DNA of 64,000 nucleotides, taken from Opitutia bacterium. GTDB lineage: Bacteria > Verrucomicrobiota > Verrucomicrobiia > Opitutales > T3Sed10-336. The notes below the pieces were generated by a model. The model had not been told where the DNA came from. It did not search any database and saw only the letters and a program-made list of their open reading frames with translations. Where the stretch lies: the NCBI GenBank assembly GCA_050506795.1, contig JBJHCF010000004.1, positions 68,872 through 132,871 of the forward strand. The letters are read 5' to 3'. A program made the position numbers and the translations under genes. Positions 1 through 8,900 of this stretch are shown here, piece after piece. The stretch's first letter is position 1. Each line of letters starts with the position of its first letter.

Positions 1-511
1 CGGGAGCCGGAGTCGCTTGTGGGGCCGGGACGGCAGGCGTCTGCGGTGTCACCGGAGCCTTGGCGAAGGCCGCGAGCGGAAGGACCTGGCTCTTCAGCTG
101 GTCGATCACCGGAGCAATGCCAACGATGTTGGCGAAGGTCCGGGTGCCGTCGCGGGAGGTCTTTTGGCCGACCGTGATCATCGCGCCCGCGCCCTTCAAC
201 TCGCAGTAGTCCCAGCCGTATTTCGGCGGGTGGCCGAGCCATGCGGTGAGGAACTTGAAGAGGTTCGACTTCGGCGATCCCGAAATGCGAAACTCGTGGG
301 TCTGCACCCTGTAAATGCGGCCGTCCTGGCCGCGAAAGCCGAAGAGGAAACGGGTAATGTCGAGCGTTTCCTTCTCAGCAGGATTTTCGAACTTTGGGCG
401 CTCAACGCCGAACTGGTCCTGGATTTCCAGGCATGTCGCGATTGAGGGCCCGGAGGGGGCGACTTCGGTGATGTCGAACCCGCTCGATTCTGGTTGTTTG
501 AGTAGTGCCAT
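1..511 (-). CDS. hypothetical protein, 3' end cut by the window edge
   Basis: The minus-strand frame is open from the ATG at 511-509 to position 1. It is absent from the ORF track because it has no stop in the window. My translation starts MALLKQPESSGFDITEVAPSGPSIATCLEIQDQFGVERPKFENPAEKETLDITRFLFGFRGQDGRIYRVQTHEFRISGSPKSNLFKFLTAWLGHPPKYGWDYCELKG. Third codon positions are GC-rich like the neighbouring genes. No family recognised. Confidence 0.6.
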   Translation of the reverse strand, partial: MALLKQPESSGFDITEVAPSGPSIATCLEIQDQFGVERPKFENPAEKETLDITRFLFGFRGQDGRIYRVQTHEFRISGSPKSNLFKFLTAWLGHPPKYGWDYCELKGAGAMITVGQKTSRDGTRTFANIVGIAPVIDQLKSQVLPLAAFAKAPVTPQTPAVPAPQATPAP

Positions 512-568
512 GATGATTTTGATTCATCAGGCAGACTCTCCATTGCTCGGGCGTCGTGCCGTCGCTTC

Positions 569-635
569 CCGGTGAATCTGCCTTCACCGGAAAGGCGCTA
601 CTTTTGGAGTAGCAAATGCTACTTTTGGGGTAGCA
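569..635. repeat. three clustered hairpins, two of them tandem ~21-bp palindromic repeats
   Basis: CCGGTGAA-N6-TTCACCGG lies at 569-590. GCTAC-N7-GTAGC occurs at 597-613 and again at 618-634. All sit in the ~125-bp gap between the stop at 638 and the next minus-strand start at 511. Confidence 0.7.
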
Positions 636-637
636 TT

Positions 638-1936
638 TTATTTTTTCTGAAAAAATTTCACGCGCCAGACCTCCCCGAGGGCGGGGGTGTATGTGAACTC
701 ATTTCCTTTGCGAACGCGGGGCGAAATGTATTTTGCAGCGGGGGCGCAACGGGATTCGAGCGCGGCCAGAGCGACGTTGAGCGCTTTCGTGACGGCTTTG
801 CGGGCACGTTCGTGGCGGCTGTCGACGCGGAGGCGCCGGCCTTTTCCCGTCACCTTGCGAAGATGGGCGCGGATTTCATCGAGTTCGGCTTCGATCTCGT
901 CGGCCTCCATTTCGCGACCGGCGTCGCGGGCATCGTCAGCGGCGGCCTTCAGCTCGGCCACTTTGCGGGCGTAGGCAAGCTGGGCGGAGCGATCCGTCGC
1001 GGCGATGCCGCCGTCCCCTTCGGCGCTGGCAGCGAGCCCTTCGAGAGATGCAGTGACCGGTTCGGCGGGATCGAGATCCTCTTGCAGGTCGATCGGGCTG
1101 AAGGAGAGATCCGGTTGGTTGAGTAGCCGGGCGAGATACTGCATGCCGCGCATGTCGGGAATCGTTCCGTGGTGCCCCAGAAAGTTCATGCGCCACGTCG
1201 CTCCCTCGCAGGTCAGGGCGTATTCGGGCGGCGGTTCCTCCACTGCATTGAAGTCCGACAGGGACTCAGCCGGAGCGAACGAGGCACATAGCTCCCGCCA
1301 TGCGGCGAGAAAGGAGTCTGTAGCGGCGAGGCCGCGGGGACCGAGCTCGAAGCCGCCGTCGAGGGCGAGCGGACGGCATCCTTTGCGTTGCAGAAGCGCG
1401 GCTACGTCAGGCGTGAGGTGCCGGAGGGTCGGGCTGAGGAGGATGAACGGAAAACGGTCCGCAAGGATCTGCCGTTCGACGAACGTTTTGAAATCCTGTG
1501 GATTGGATTGCCGGGTAAAAAGAATTTGCACGGGAGCGGAAGCGGTTCCTGGAAGATTCCCCAGAAAGAGAGACGCTCCAGGCAGGCCGAGCGGGGTGGG
1601 ATTGAACGGGAGTCGGAGAATCTTTCCCACTTCCTCCATGATTCTCCGGTCCTGAGGTTCGTAACGGATCAGTTCGGCACGTTCGAATGAACGGCGGGGG
1701 CAGCGGCCTTCGTCGCAGATGCCGACGAGAGAGCCGTCCTGGTGCTCGACGATGCGATAGTTGCAGGCTGTCTGGCGACTGCGCTCGCAGGAAGCAATCG
1801 GCGACAGCCCCGGCACTGGCGCAAGGTAGCGCTGCATGAGGGGAAACTCGTCGCCGAGGGCGAGCTTCCAGACCGGCTCGCGGATCGGCCCGAGCCGCAC
1901 ATCAAGACATTTCCAAAACAAACTCTTGCTGCTCAT
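638..1936 (-). CDS. hypothetical protein (unknown family)
   Basis: ORF-track entry 638..1963, where the listed start is a TTG. The first ATG is at 1936 (MSSKSLFWKC) and a GTG lies at 1900. The C-terminal half has an acidic, Ala-rich helical stretch and ends ERARKAVTKALNVALAALE. No catalytic motif recognised. Confidence 0.6.
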   Translation of the reverse strand: MSSKSLFWKCLDVRLGPIREPVWKLALGDEFPLMQRYLAPVPGLSPIASCERSRQTACNYRIVEHQDGSLVGICDEGRCPRRSFERAELIRYEPQDRRIMEEVGKILRLPFNPTPLGLPGASLFLGNLPGTASAPVQILFTRQSNPQDFKTFVERQILADRFPFILLSPTLRHLTPDVAALLQRKGCRPLALDGGFELGPRGLAATDSFLAAWRELCASFAPAESLSDFNAVEEPPPEYALTCEGATWRMNFLGHHGTIPDMRGMQYLARLLNQPDLSFSPIDLQEDLDPAEPVTASLEGLAASAEGDGGIAATDRSAQLAYARKVAELKAAADDARDAGREMEADEIEAELDEIRAHLRKVTGKGRRLRVDSRHERARKAVTKALNVALAALESRCAPAAKYISPRVRKGNEFTYTPALGEVWRVKFFQKK

Positions 1937-3101
1937 GACCGGTAACCATTCCTCGTTCGACAAATCCGCGACGCATCAGCCATTCCTCGATCAGTTGGCT
2001 ATCGTCGTCCCGCGTGTAGAGGGCGACATTGGTCGGCTTGATCGTCACTGAGCGTGGCGTTGGGTTGTCCCGGAACCGGACCTTGAACGTCGCCTGGAGG
2101 AGGCGAGCCAGCGGCGGGATCTGAAATTCCCGTGACGCCATGGCATTGAAGAGGTCTTCGGCTTTATGGCTGCGGACTTCCCTTTCGAGATCTTCCAGTG
2201 CGTATTCCAGCTTCACGAGGCGGACCCAATTCAGGCCGGGAACATCCACGCACTCGACCGAGGACGCGGCGTCGCGGCGGATCGGATCGAGGGTGTATTT
2301 GTTCGTTTCCGGAAAGTAATTCTCGCGGCCGAACAGCTCCAGGCTGAAAGTTGTGCGGTAGCGGTCGCGAAGCGTCGGCGTCCTGGCATTGATGCGAATT
2401 TCATTCGTCAGGCCGTCGAAGACCAGGACGTCAAATTTCTCCGGCCGGAACAGGACGGAAGCGGCGCTGCCGTCGTCGGCGACGGTCGACTCACGCCGGT
2501 AACAGTCTCCGTGGCGGATCAGAAACCACGTTTCGTGGTTGCGGGTGTAGGTGAAGATCCGGCAACCGGTCCCCATCCGACGCTTTTGAAACCAGACGTC
2601 GAGGGAGCGTTCGATCGCTTTGATCTGCGCATCGCCAGGTGGTTCGAATGCTTCTCCGCCTCCTCCCTCGGCACTGAAATACTCAAAGGCGCGGGCACGG
2701 AGTGGGAGTCGCTCGTAATGAACCGCCTTCGCTGCCGCCGGATCTACAATATACAGGAGCATCGCGGCCTCGGCGGCAGTGGCGTCGTTGGGCAATTGGA
2801 GGCCGGCGTTCTGACAGGCCTCATAGACGGCGTCTGCCGCATCGAGGGTGGCCAGCTCGCTGACGCAAAAGATGGCATCGATCAGCTCGCGGGGCGTTTC
2901 TTCGCTTGGGGACAGAAAGGTTTGGGTGATGGCAGGGAGAACATTGGAATTCTCTGGGGCAGAAAGAGCATCCAGCTCAATCTGACGGGAATCGAAAAAC
3001 CCCCGGTAGGGATCGAAAAACCTCCGTAAGGTTTCGCGATTTGTGGAGTGGAGCGCCTTGGGACGCGTGAAGATCAGGGAACTGAATGAGGACATTGCCA
3101 A
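1902..3101 (-). CDS. hypothetical protein (unknown family)
   Basis: 399-aa ORF co-directional with the two genes downstream. It overlaps the next gene by 35 nt if that gene starts at ATG 1936. No motif recognised. Confidence 0.6.
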   Translation of the reverse strand: MAMSSFSSLIFTRPKALHSTNRETLRRFFDPYRGFFDSRQIELDALSAPENSNVLPAITQTFLSPSEETPRELIDAIFCVSELATLDAADAVYEACQNAGLQLPNDATAAEAAMLLYIVDPAAAKAVHYERLPLRARAFEYFSAEGGGGEAFEPPGDAQIKAIERSLDVWFQKRRMGTGCRIFTYTRNHETWFLIRHGDCYRRESTVADDGSAASVLFRPEKFDVLVFDGLTNEIRINARTPTLRDRYRTTFSLELFGRENYFPETNKYTLDPIRRDAASSVECVDVPGLNWVRLVKLEYALEDLEREVRSHKAEDLFNAMASREFQIPPLARLLQATFKVRFRDNPTPRSVTIKPTNVALYTRDDDSQLIEEWLMRRGFVERGMVTGHEQQEFVLEMS

Positions 3102-3367
3102 GCTGCTTCAAAAACCGTCCGGTCCTCTGACACTCGCACCGCCCGTCAGCTTCGCGGGGCCGGCCCAATGGCCTCTGGATCAGCCAGACCCAGGGCGGAA
3201 AGTCACCTCGTCCGCCAGCGGCAATCCGTAGCCTCCGTTCCCTGGACGGGAGGGGTGGCGACTGCGGATCGCATTTGCCAAGGAAAACAAGGGATCTCGA
3301 AAGTTCCAGAAAAAAAGCGAGGATTCTTGACACTCCCGGGCGCTCCGGTGATAGATCTTCTTTTGAA

Positions 3368-3790
3368 ATGCGTCGCCTTGGGATGATAGTCCTTTCATTG
3401 CTATTCTCGGCTCTAGCGTTGGTTGGGGGTGCCGAGGGAGCGATGCTGTGTCTTCATCAGGCAGGGGCGGTTCACTTGGGGGCTGCGCCCATTGAGAGGG
3501 GCGGCGGGGAAGCGGGGTGCGTCAACGAGCTTGGCGAAGCCTGCGACCGAAGCGCGGAGCACCCGTGCGACTGGTGCGTCGATGTGGAGATTCGGGGGAT
3601 CGATCTGGCTCAGCTTCGTTTGGATGAATCTGTCGAAGTGACGGTCCCCGTGGCGGCAACGGGGGAAATGGTCTCCGCCGTCGAATGGGGCTTGCCATCC
3701 GCTGTACTCTTGAATTGCGCCCCTGCGCGTGCGCCTCCTGCCCTTTCCGAGGCGTTGATCGTCGCCAAGACGACGGTTCTGCTTTTGTGA
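3368..3790 (+). CDS. small secreted or membrane Cys/His-containing protein upstream of the RND operon
   Basis: Internal ATG of ORF 3275..3790 gives MRRLGMIVLSLLFSALALVGGAEGA, which is signal-peptide-like. It is followed by CLHQ, GCVNELGEAC and HPCDWC motifs. It sits directly before the outer-membrane factor gene. Confidence 0.45.
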   Translation: MRRLGMIVLSLLFSALALVGGAEGAMLCLHQAGAVHLGAAPIERGGGEAGCVNELGEACDRSAEHPCDWCVDVEIRGIDLAQLRLDESVEVTVPVAATGEMVSAVEWGLPSAVLLNCAPARAPPALSEALIVAKTTVLLL

Positions 3791-3890
3791 GTTCCTGAAT
3801 TCGGGTTTGAGCGGCCTTTTACCCAAGGCCGTTTTCCAACTGCTTCGGCGTATCGACGCCGGATCTTTCTCCGAATCCAGGAACTTTTTC

Positions 3891-5177
3891 ATGAATGCAG
3901 CTATACGTTTTTCCTTATTTTCATTTCCTTCTTTTCTAGCGACCGTCCTCGTGGCGGCGGCTTCTCCAGCTTTCGGCGAGGAGGCCGTCCTGACTGTGGA
4001 CGAACTGGTCGCGGAAGTGCTCGGGAGCAATCCTGAACTCGCGATCTACGAGGCCGAAATCGCCGCGGCCCGCGGCGAGCGGCGTCAGTCGGGGCGATGG
4101 GCGAACCCGGAGTTTTCCTTGGAGGCGGGTCATCAGCGGATCCGGGGGAGCGAAGGGGCCGGAGCGGCCGAGGGCTTGGCCTGGGCCGCATCGGTGGCTC
4201 AGCCGATCGAGTTTCCGGGGCGGCTGGCGCTGCGCAAGGCGATCGCCGACCGGAACACGGAGTTGGCCAATTTGGGCCTGGAAAACTTCCGACGGGTGCT
4301 GGAGAACCAAGTTCGTTCGCTGGCCTATTCGCTCTATGCGGCACGAGGGTCGGCGGATGCCGCCGACGATGTGGCCGCCCGCGCCCGGGAGTTGACGCAG
4401 GTTGTGCTTCAGCGCGAGGTCGGCGGTATCTCCCCGTTGCTGGAAAGCCGCATTCTGGAGAGCAGCGCCCTGACCTTGGAACAGCGGCGGCAGGAGGCGC
4501 GGCGCGTTTATCAACGGGCCTTAATCGCGCTGAACCAGTTGCGGGACGCGCCCGCCGAGACGCCGGTGAGACTGGCGGAGGCTCCCTTGGAATTCCCCGA
4601 ACTTCCTCCCGTGCCGGAGCTCGTCAGCGGCGCCTGGAGAAATTCGTTTGAGGCGCGGGCGAGGCAGGTGGAGTTGGAGCAGCAGGGCTTTCGGGTGCGC
4701 CTGGAGAGGAATGAGCGCTATCCAACCGTCACGGCGGGGCCTTTTATCTCGCAGGATAGAGCGGGCGAGAAGGAGACAGTGGCCGGGGTGAGCGTTTCGT
4801 TCGCTCTGCCGTTATGGGATCGAAACGAGGGCAATATCGATGCCTCGCGGGCGCGGCTACGGCAGGCTGAGGCGTCGCTGCTCGTGACGCGGCGCGAACT
4901 GGAACGGCGCGTAGTGGAGCGGGCATTGAACTATCAGTCCGCGAGGCAGGCCCTGGCGGAGTTGAGACCGGAGGCGATCTCTGAGTTCGAGGAGGCGGCC
5001 GAACTGGCGGAGCGTCATTATCGGTTAGGGGCAATCCCGATCAGCACGTATTTGGAGATGCAAACCGCCTACCTCGACGCTCTGGACGCTGTGCTCGGCC
5101 TGCGGCAGCAAACGCTGGAGAGCCGACTGGAACTGGAAATTTTGACGGGAAACTTTGAGAAGGGAACTGAACGATGA
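3891..5177 (+). CDS. TolC/CzcC-family outer-membrane efflux protein
   Basis: The start MNAAIRFSLFSFPSFLATVLVAAASPAFG is a signal peptide. The N-terminal sequence LTVDELVAEVLGSNPELA and the duplicated helical repeats are typical of outer-membrane factor proteins. The stop overlaps the next start as ATGA at 5174-5177. Confidence 0.85.
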   Translation: MNAAIRFSLFSFPSFLATVLVAAASPAFGEEAVLTVDELVAEVLGSNPELAIYEAEIAAARGERRQSGRWANPEFSLEAGHQRIRGSEGAGAAEGLAWAASVAQPIEFPGRLALRKAIADRNTELANLGLENFRRVLENQVRSLAYSLYAARGSADAADDVAARARELTQVVLQREVGGISPLLESRILESSALTLEQRRQEARRVYQRALIALNQLRDAPAETPVRLAEAPLEFPELPPVPELVSGAWRNSFEARARQVELEQQGFRVRLERNERYPTVTAGPFISQDRAGEKETVAGVSVSFALPLWDRNEGNIDASRARLRQAEASLLVTRRELERRVVERALNYQSARQALAELRPEAISEFEEAAELAERHYRLGAIPISTYLEMQTAYLDALDAVLGLRQQTLESRLELEILTGNFEKGTER

Positions 5178-5941
5178 ATTCTATTTTGAAAATGATTTTT
5201 TTGAGCGCTGCCACGATAGGCATTGCGCTGGCGGTAAGCGGGTGTGCGAAGACAGAGGGTGCCGATCAGGATCATGAGGCGGAGCAGGCGCAGGATCATT
5301 CCGGTAACTGGGTGTTCGACGAGGGCCGTGGCGTCAGGCTGACCGAGGCCGGGAGGAATGTTGCTGGCATCGAATTGGCGGAAGCGGTTTTCGCCGAAGG
5401 CGGCAACGGCACGATAACCGCGATGGGACAGGTTTTCGCCGTGGACCGGAGCCGCGGCACGGCGCGGGCAAGTGTGGCCTTGTCGGCGCGGCGGGCAAAT
5501 GGAATTGAGCCAGGCGCGCCAGTTAACGCTGGAACACGACCGGGCGACTTGCACCTTGCCGGGCACGTAGAGCGAGTCGATCGACAGGCGGTTCGGGTGA
5601 CCGGTCAGGTCGAGGTGATCGTGAGTGTCCCCGCAGCTGAGGCTCACTTGCGCGAAGGCTCGTTTCTAAGCTTCAGCTTCGATCAACCAGGCGCGCAGGG
5701 CGACGAGATGTTACGCATCCCCGCCTCGGCTCTTCTTCCGACGGCTCGCGGTGATTTCGTTTACGTGGTGAATGGAAACCATTTTTTTCGGTCCCCGGTG
5801 CAAACGGGGCGGAAAAGCGGCGATTTCATCGAGATCGAAGACGGGTTGTTCGAAGGCGACGTGGTGGTGTCGGCGGGTAAAAAGCATCTCTGGCTGATCG
5901 AGCTGCAGGCGATCAACGGAGGTGAAGCCTGCGCCGACTGA
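5174..5941 (+). CDS. RND efflux periplasmic adaptor (MFP), unusually short lipoprotein
   Basis: The lipobox is LAVSGC. The C-terminal barrel-like region reads LRIPASALLPTARGDFVYVVNGNHFFRSPVQTGRKSGDFIEIEDGLFEGDVVV. The gene sits between the outer-membrane factor and the RND pump. It is only 255 aa. Confidence 0.75.
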   Translation: MNSILKMIFLSAATIGIALAVSGCAKTEGADQDHEAEQAQDHSGNWVFDEGRGVRLTEAGRNVAGIELAEAVFAEGGNGTITAMGQVFAVDRSRGTARASVALSARRANGIEPGAPVNAGTRPGDLHLAGHVERVDRQAVRVTGQVEVIVSVPAAEAHLREGSFLSFSFDQPGAQGDEMLRIPASALLPTARGDFVYVVNGNHFFRSPVQTGRKSGDFIEIEDGLFEGDVVVSAGKKHLWLIELQAINGGEACAD

Positions 5942-5959
5942 CACTAAGAGGACCACGGA

Positions 5960-8900
5960 ATGCTGAACAAACTAATTGAGTTCTCCATCCGGCAGCGCGG
6001 CTTCGTTCTCCTGCTGACGGTCGTATTGATCGTCGCCGGGATCTGGTCAGCCTACCATCTCCATGTGGATGCGGTGCCGGATATCACCAGCACGCAAGTG
6101 CAGATCAACACGGCAGTGCCCGCGTTGGCGCCCGAGGAAATCGAGCAACTGGTGACATTCCCCATCGAGAGCCGCATGTCGGGCATGCCGGGCCTCGTGG
6201 AGTTGCGCTCGCTTTCGCGTCCGGGTTTGTCGCAGGTGACGATGACATTCGCCGACGGCTCGGACGTATATCGTTTGCGGCAACTCGCGATGGAGAGGCT
6301 TCAGGAGGCCATGGATGAGATTCCGGCCGGCCTTCAGCCGACGCTTGCGCCGATCAGCACGGGGCTGAGCGAAATCTTTTACTATGCGGTCGGTTTTGCC
6401 GAGGACGCACCGAATGTGCCGGAGAGCGAATACGAGCGACTGCTGGAGCTATCGCAGATCCAGGAATATACGGTAAAGCCGCTCTTACGCGCGACGGCGG
6501 GCCTCGCCGAGGTGAACACTTCCGGAGGTTACGAGAAAAAGATTCTTGTTCAGCCCGATCCCGTGCGCCTCACCCAGCTAGGTCTCACTTTCGACGAGTT
6601 CGCCGAACGGCTGAAAGGCGGCTTCGTCAATGTCGGCGGCGGCCTGCTGGAGGTGGGCGGTGAACAAGTGGTGATCCGTTCGAATTCGAGGATGACCCGA
6701 AGCGAGGAAGTTGCAGGCCTGCCTTTGAAGTTCGGGGCGCAGGTGAATCCGATTCTGGTGGGCGACGTGGCCGAAATCGTGGTTGGGTCGAGCATCCGGA
6801 CCGGCGCGGCCACCATCAATGGAGAAGAGGCGGTGCTGGGAGCGGCGATCATGATGGCCGGGGAAAACAGTCGCGTCGTAGCCCGCGCGGTGAGCCAGCG
6901 TCTGGCGGAGATCCAAAATCGCATGCCGGAAGGTGTGGTTATTACCCCGCTTTACGATCGGGGCGATTTGATCGACGCCACGATCTCGACCGTGCGCCGC
7001 AATCTCACTCATGGAGCCGTTCTGGTCATCGTCGTTTTGTTCGCGATGCTGGGCAACATTCGGGCGGCGCTGATTGTCGCGGCGGTCATCCCGCTTTCCA
7101 TGCTGGCGGCATTCATTGGCATGACACTGGCGGGCGTCTCGGGAAATCTGATGAGCCTTGGCGCGATCGACTTCGGGCTCATCGTGAGCGGCGCGGTCAT
7201 TGTCGTGGAAAACTGCATGCGACGGCTCGGCCTCCTTCGCCACCGGATCGGGAGAGATCCCCGCGCCGAGGAACGGCGGGCCGAGGTTCTCGCCGCTTCA
7301 CGTGAGGTCGCCAAACCGATGTTCTTTGGTGTGGCCATCATCACCATCGTCTATGTGCCGATCCTGGCGCTGACGGGCATCGAGGGGAAAATGTTTCACC
7401 CGATGGCGCTGACTGTCATGTTCGCCCTAACGGGCTCGCTGCTTTTGGGCCTGACTTTCGCGCCCGCGCTGAGTTCCTGGGTGATCGCCGGGAGAATGAC
7501 CGGCGAAGATAGTTTCCTCGTCCGCGCTTTGCGCTGGATCTACCATCCGATTCTTCGATTCGCGGTTCGCTTTCCTGTGGCCGTGGCGGTGGGAGCGGCG
7601 GCTCTTTTCGCTCTAGCGGTGCTGACGTTTCTGAGGTTGGGGGCGGAGTTTATCCCGCAGCTCGACGAAGGCTCGCTCGCCGTGCAGATGGTCCGCAGCA
7701 ACAGCGTCGGCATTCAAACGTCGTTGGAGCTGCAACAGCAGGCGGAGCGCCTGCTGCTGGAGGAGTTCCCCGAGGTCCGACAGATCTTCTCGCGCATCGG
7801 GACGGCGGAGATCGCCACCGATCCGATGGGCCCGAACGTTTCCGATACGTATGTTCTGTTTCATCCGCAGGAAACCTGGCGCGAGATCAACGACCGGCGA
7901 GCACGGAAGGACGATCTGGTTGCCATGATGCAGCGGGTCCTCGACCGGAATATTCCCGGACAAGTGGTTTTGTTTTCCCAACCGATCCAGCTTCGTTTCA
8001 ACGAAATCATGGCCGGCGCCCGCGCCGACATCGCTGTGAAAATTTTCGGTGAGGATCTGGAAACGCTGGAGGAGCAGGCGTTCGCCGTCCGCGATGTGCT
8101 ACGCACTATTCCCGGCGGAGGCGACGTGGAATTCGACGCCATGGGGCGGGTGCCGATGCTGGAGATCGTGCCGGATCGGGAGGCGATGCGGCGACTGAAT
8201 ATTCATCCCGACGAAATCAACCGCGTCATCCAGACCGCACTGGCGGGAAGAGAGGCGGGACTTTTCATCGATGGGAACCGGCGATTTCCGGTCGTCGTGC
8301 GGCTGCCCGAAGCCCAACGCCACGATTTCGACGCGATCAGGGACCTGCCGGTGCGGACGGATGGCGGCGGCATTGTCCGGCTGGGCCAGGTTGCCGACTT
8401 GCGAGTCGAGGACCGCGTGGGAACAATCACGCGGGAAATGGCTGAGCGTCGGGCGGCCATCCTGATCAATCTGCGCGGGCGCGATACCGAAAGCTTCGTG
8501 CGCGAAGCGGAGGCGCGCTTGCGCGATGAAGTGGTCTTGCCTCCCGGATACGCGATCGAATTTGGCGGGCAGTTTGAAAACCTGCAACGGGCGCGGGCCC
8601 GGCTGGCTGTGGTTGTTCCGATTGCATTGTGCCTGATCTTTTTCCTAATCTTTTCCTCCACGGGAAGCATGCAGCGGTCTCTCGTCATCTTTACGGGCGT
8701 GCCGTTTGCGGTGACTGGCGGGGTCTTCGCCCTCTGGCTGCGAGACATGCCGTTCAGTATCTCGGCCGGGATCGGCTTTATCGCTTTGAGCGGGATCGCC
8801 GTGATGGATGCGCTCGTGCTCGTGAACTGCTTCAACGACTTGCGGCGAGAGGGCAGACCGTTGCGGGAGGCCGTGATGGAGGGGGCGATGATGCGCCTGC

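Noticed and set aside
17-587. Listed ORFs 17-445(+), 196-543(-), 315-575(+) and 402-587(-).
   Set aside because: All overlap the unlisted open minus-strand frame ending at ATG 511, which has far more protein-like composition and host-like codon usage. The listed ones are Ser/Arg/Pro-rich.
3327-3356. A sigma-70-type promoter (TTGACA-N17-GATAGA) for the efflux operon.
   Set aside because: The -35 hexamer is perfect but the -10 hexamer is poor, and it would leave almost no leader before ATG 3368. This is too weak to list as a feature, so it is mentioned only under the small-protein finding.
3807-3890. Upstream extensions of listed ORFs: 3807 for the outer-membrane factor, 8629 for the Cys-cluster protein, 19197 for metX, 22163 for pfk, 42757 for the LplT fusion, and 59051 for the BatA-like gene.
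   Set aside because: The extensions precede obvious signal peptides or conserved N-termini, overlap upstream genes or repeats, and have atypical composition. Internal ATG starts were used instead.
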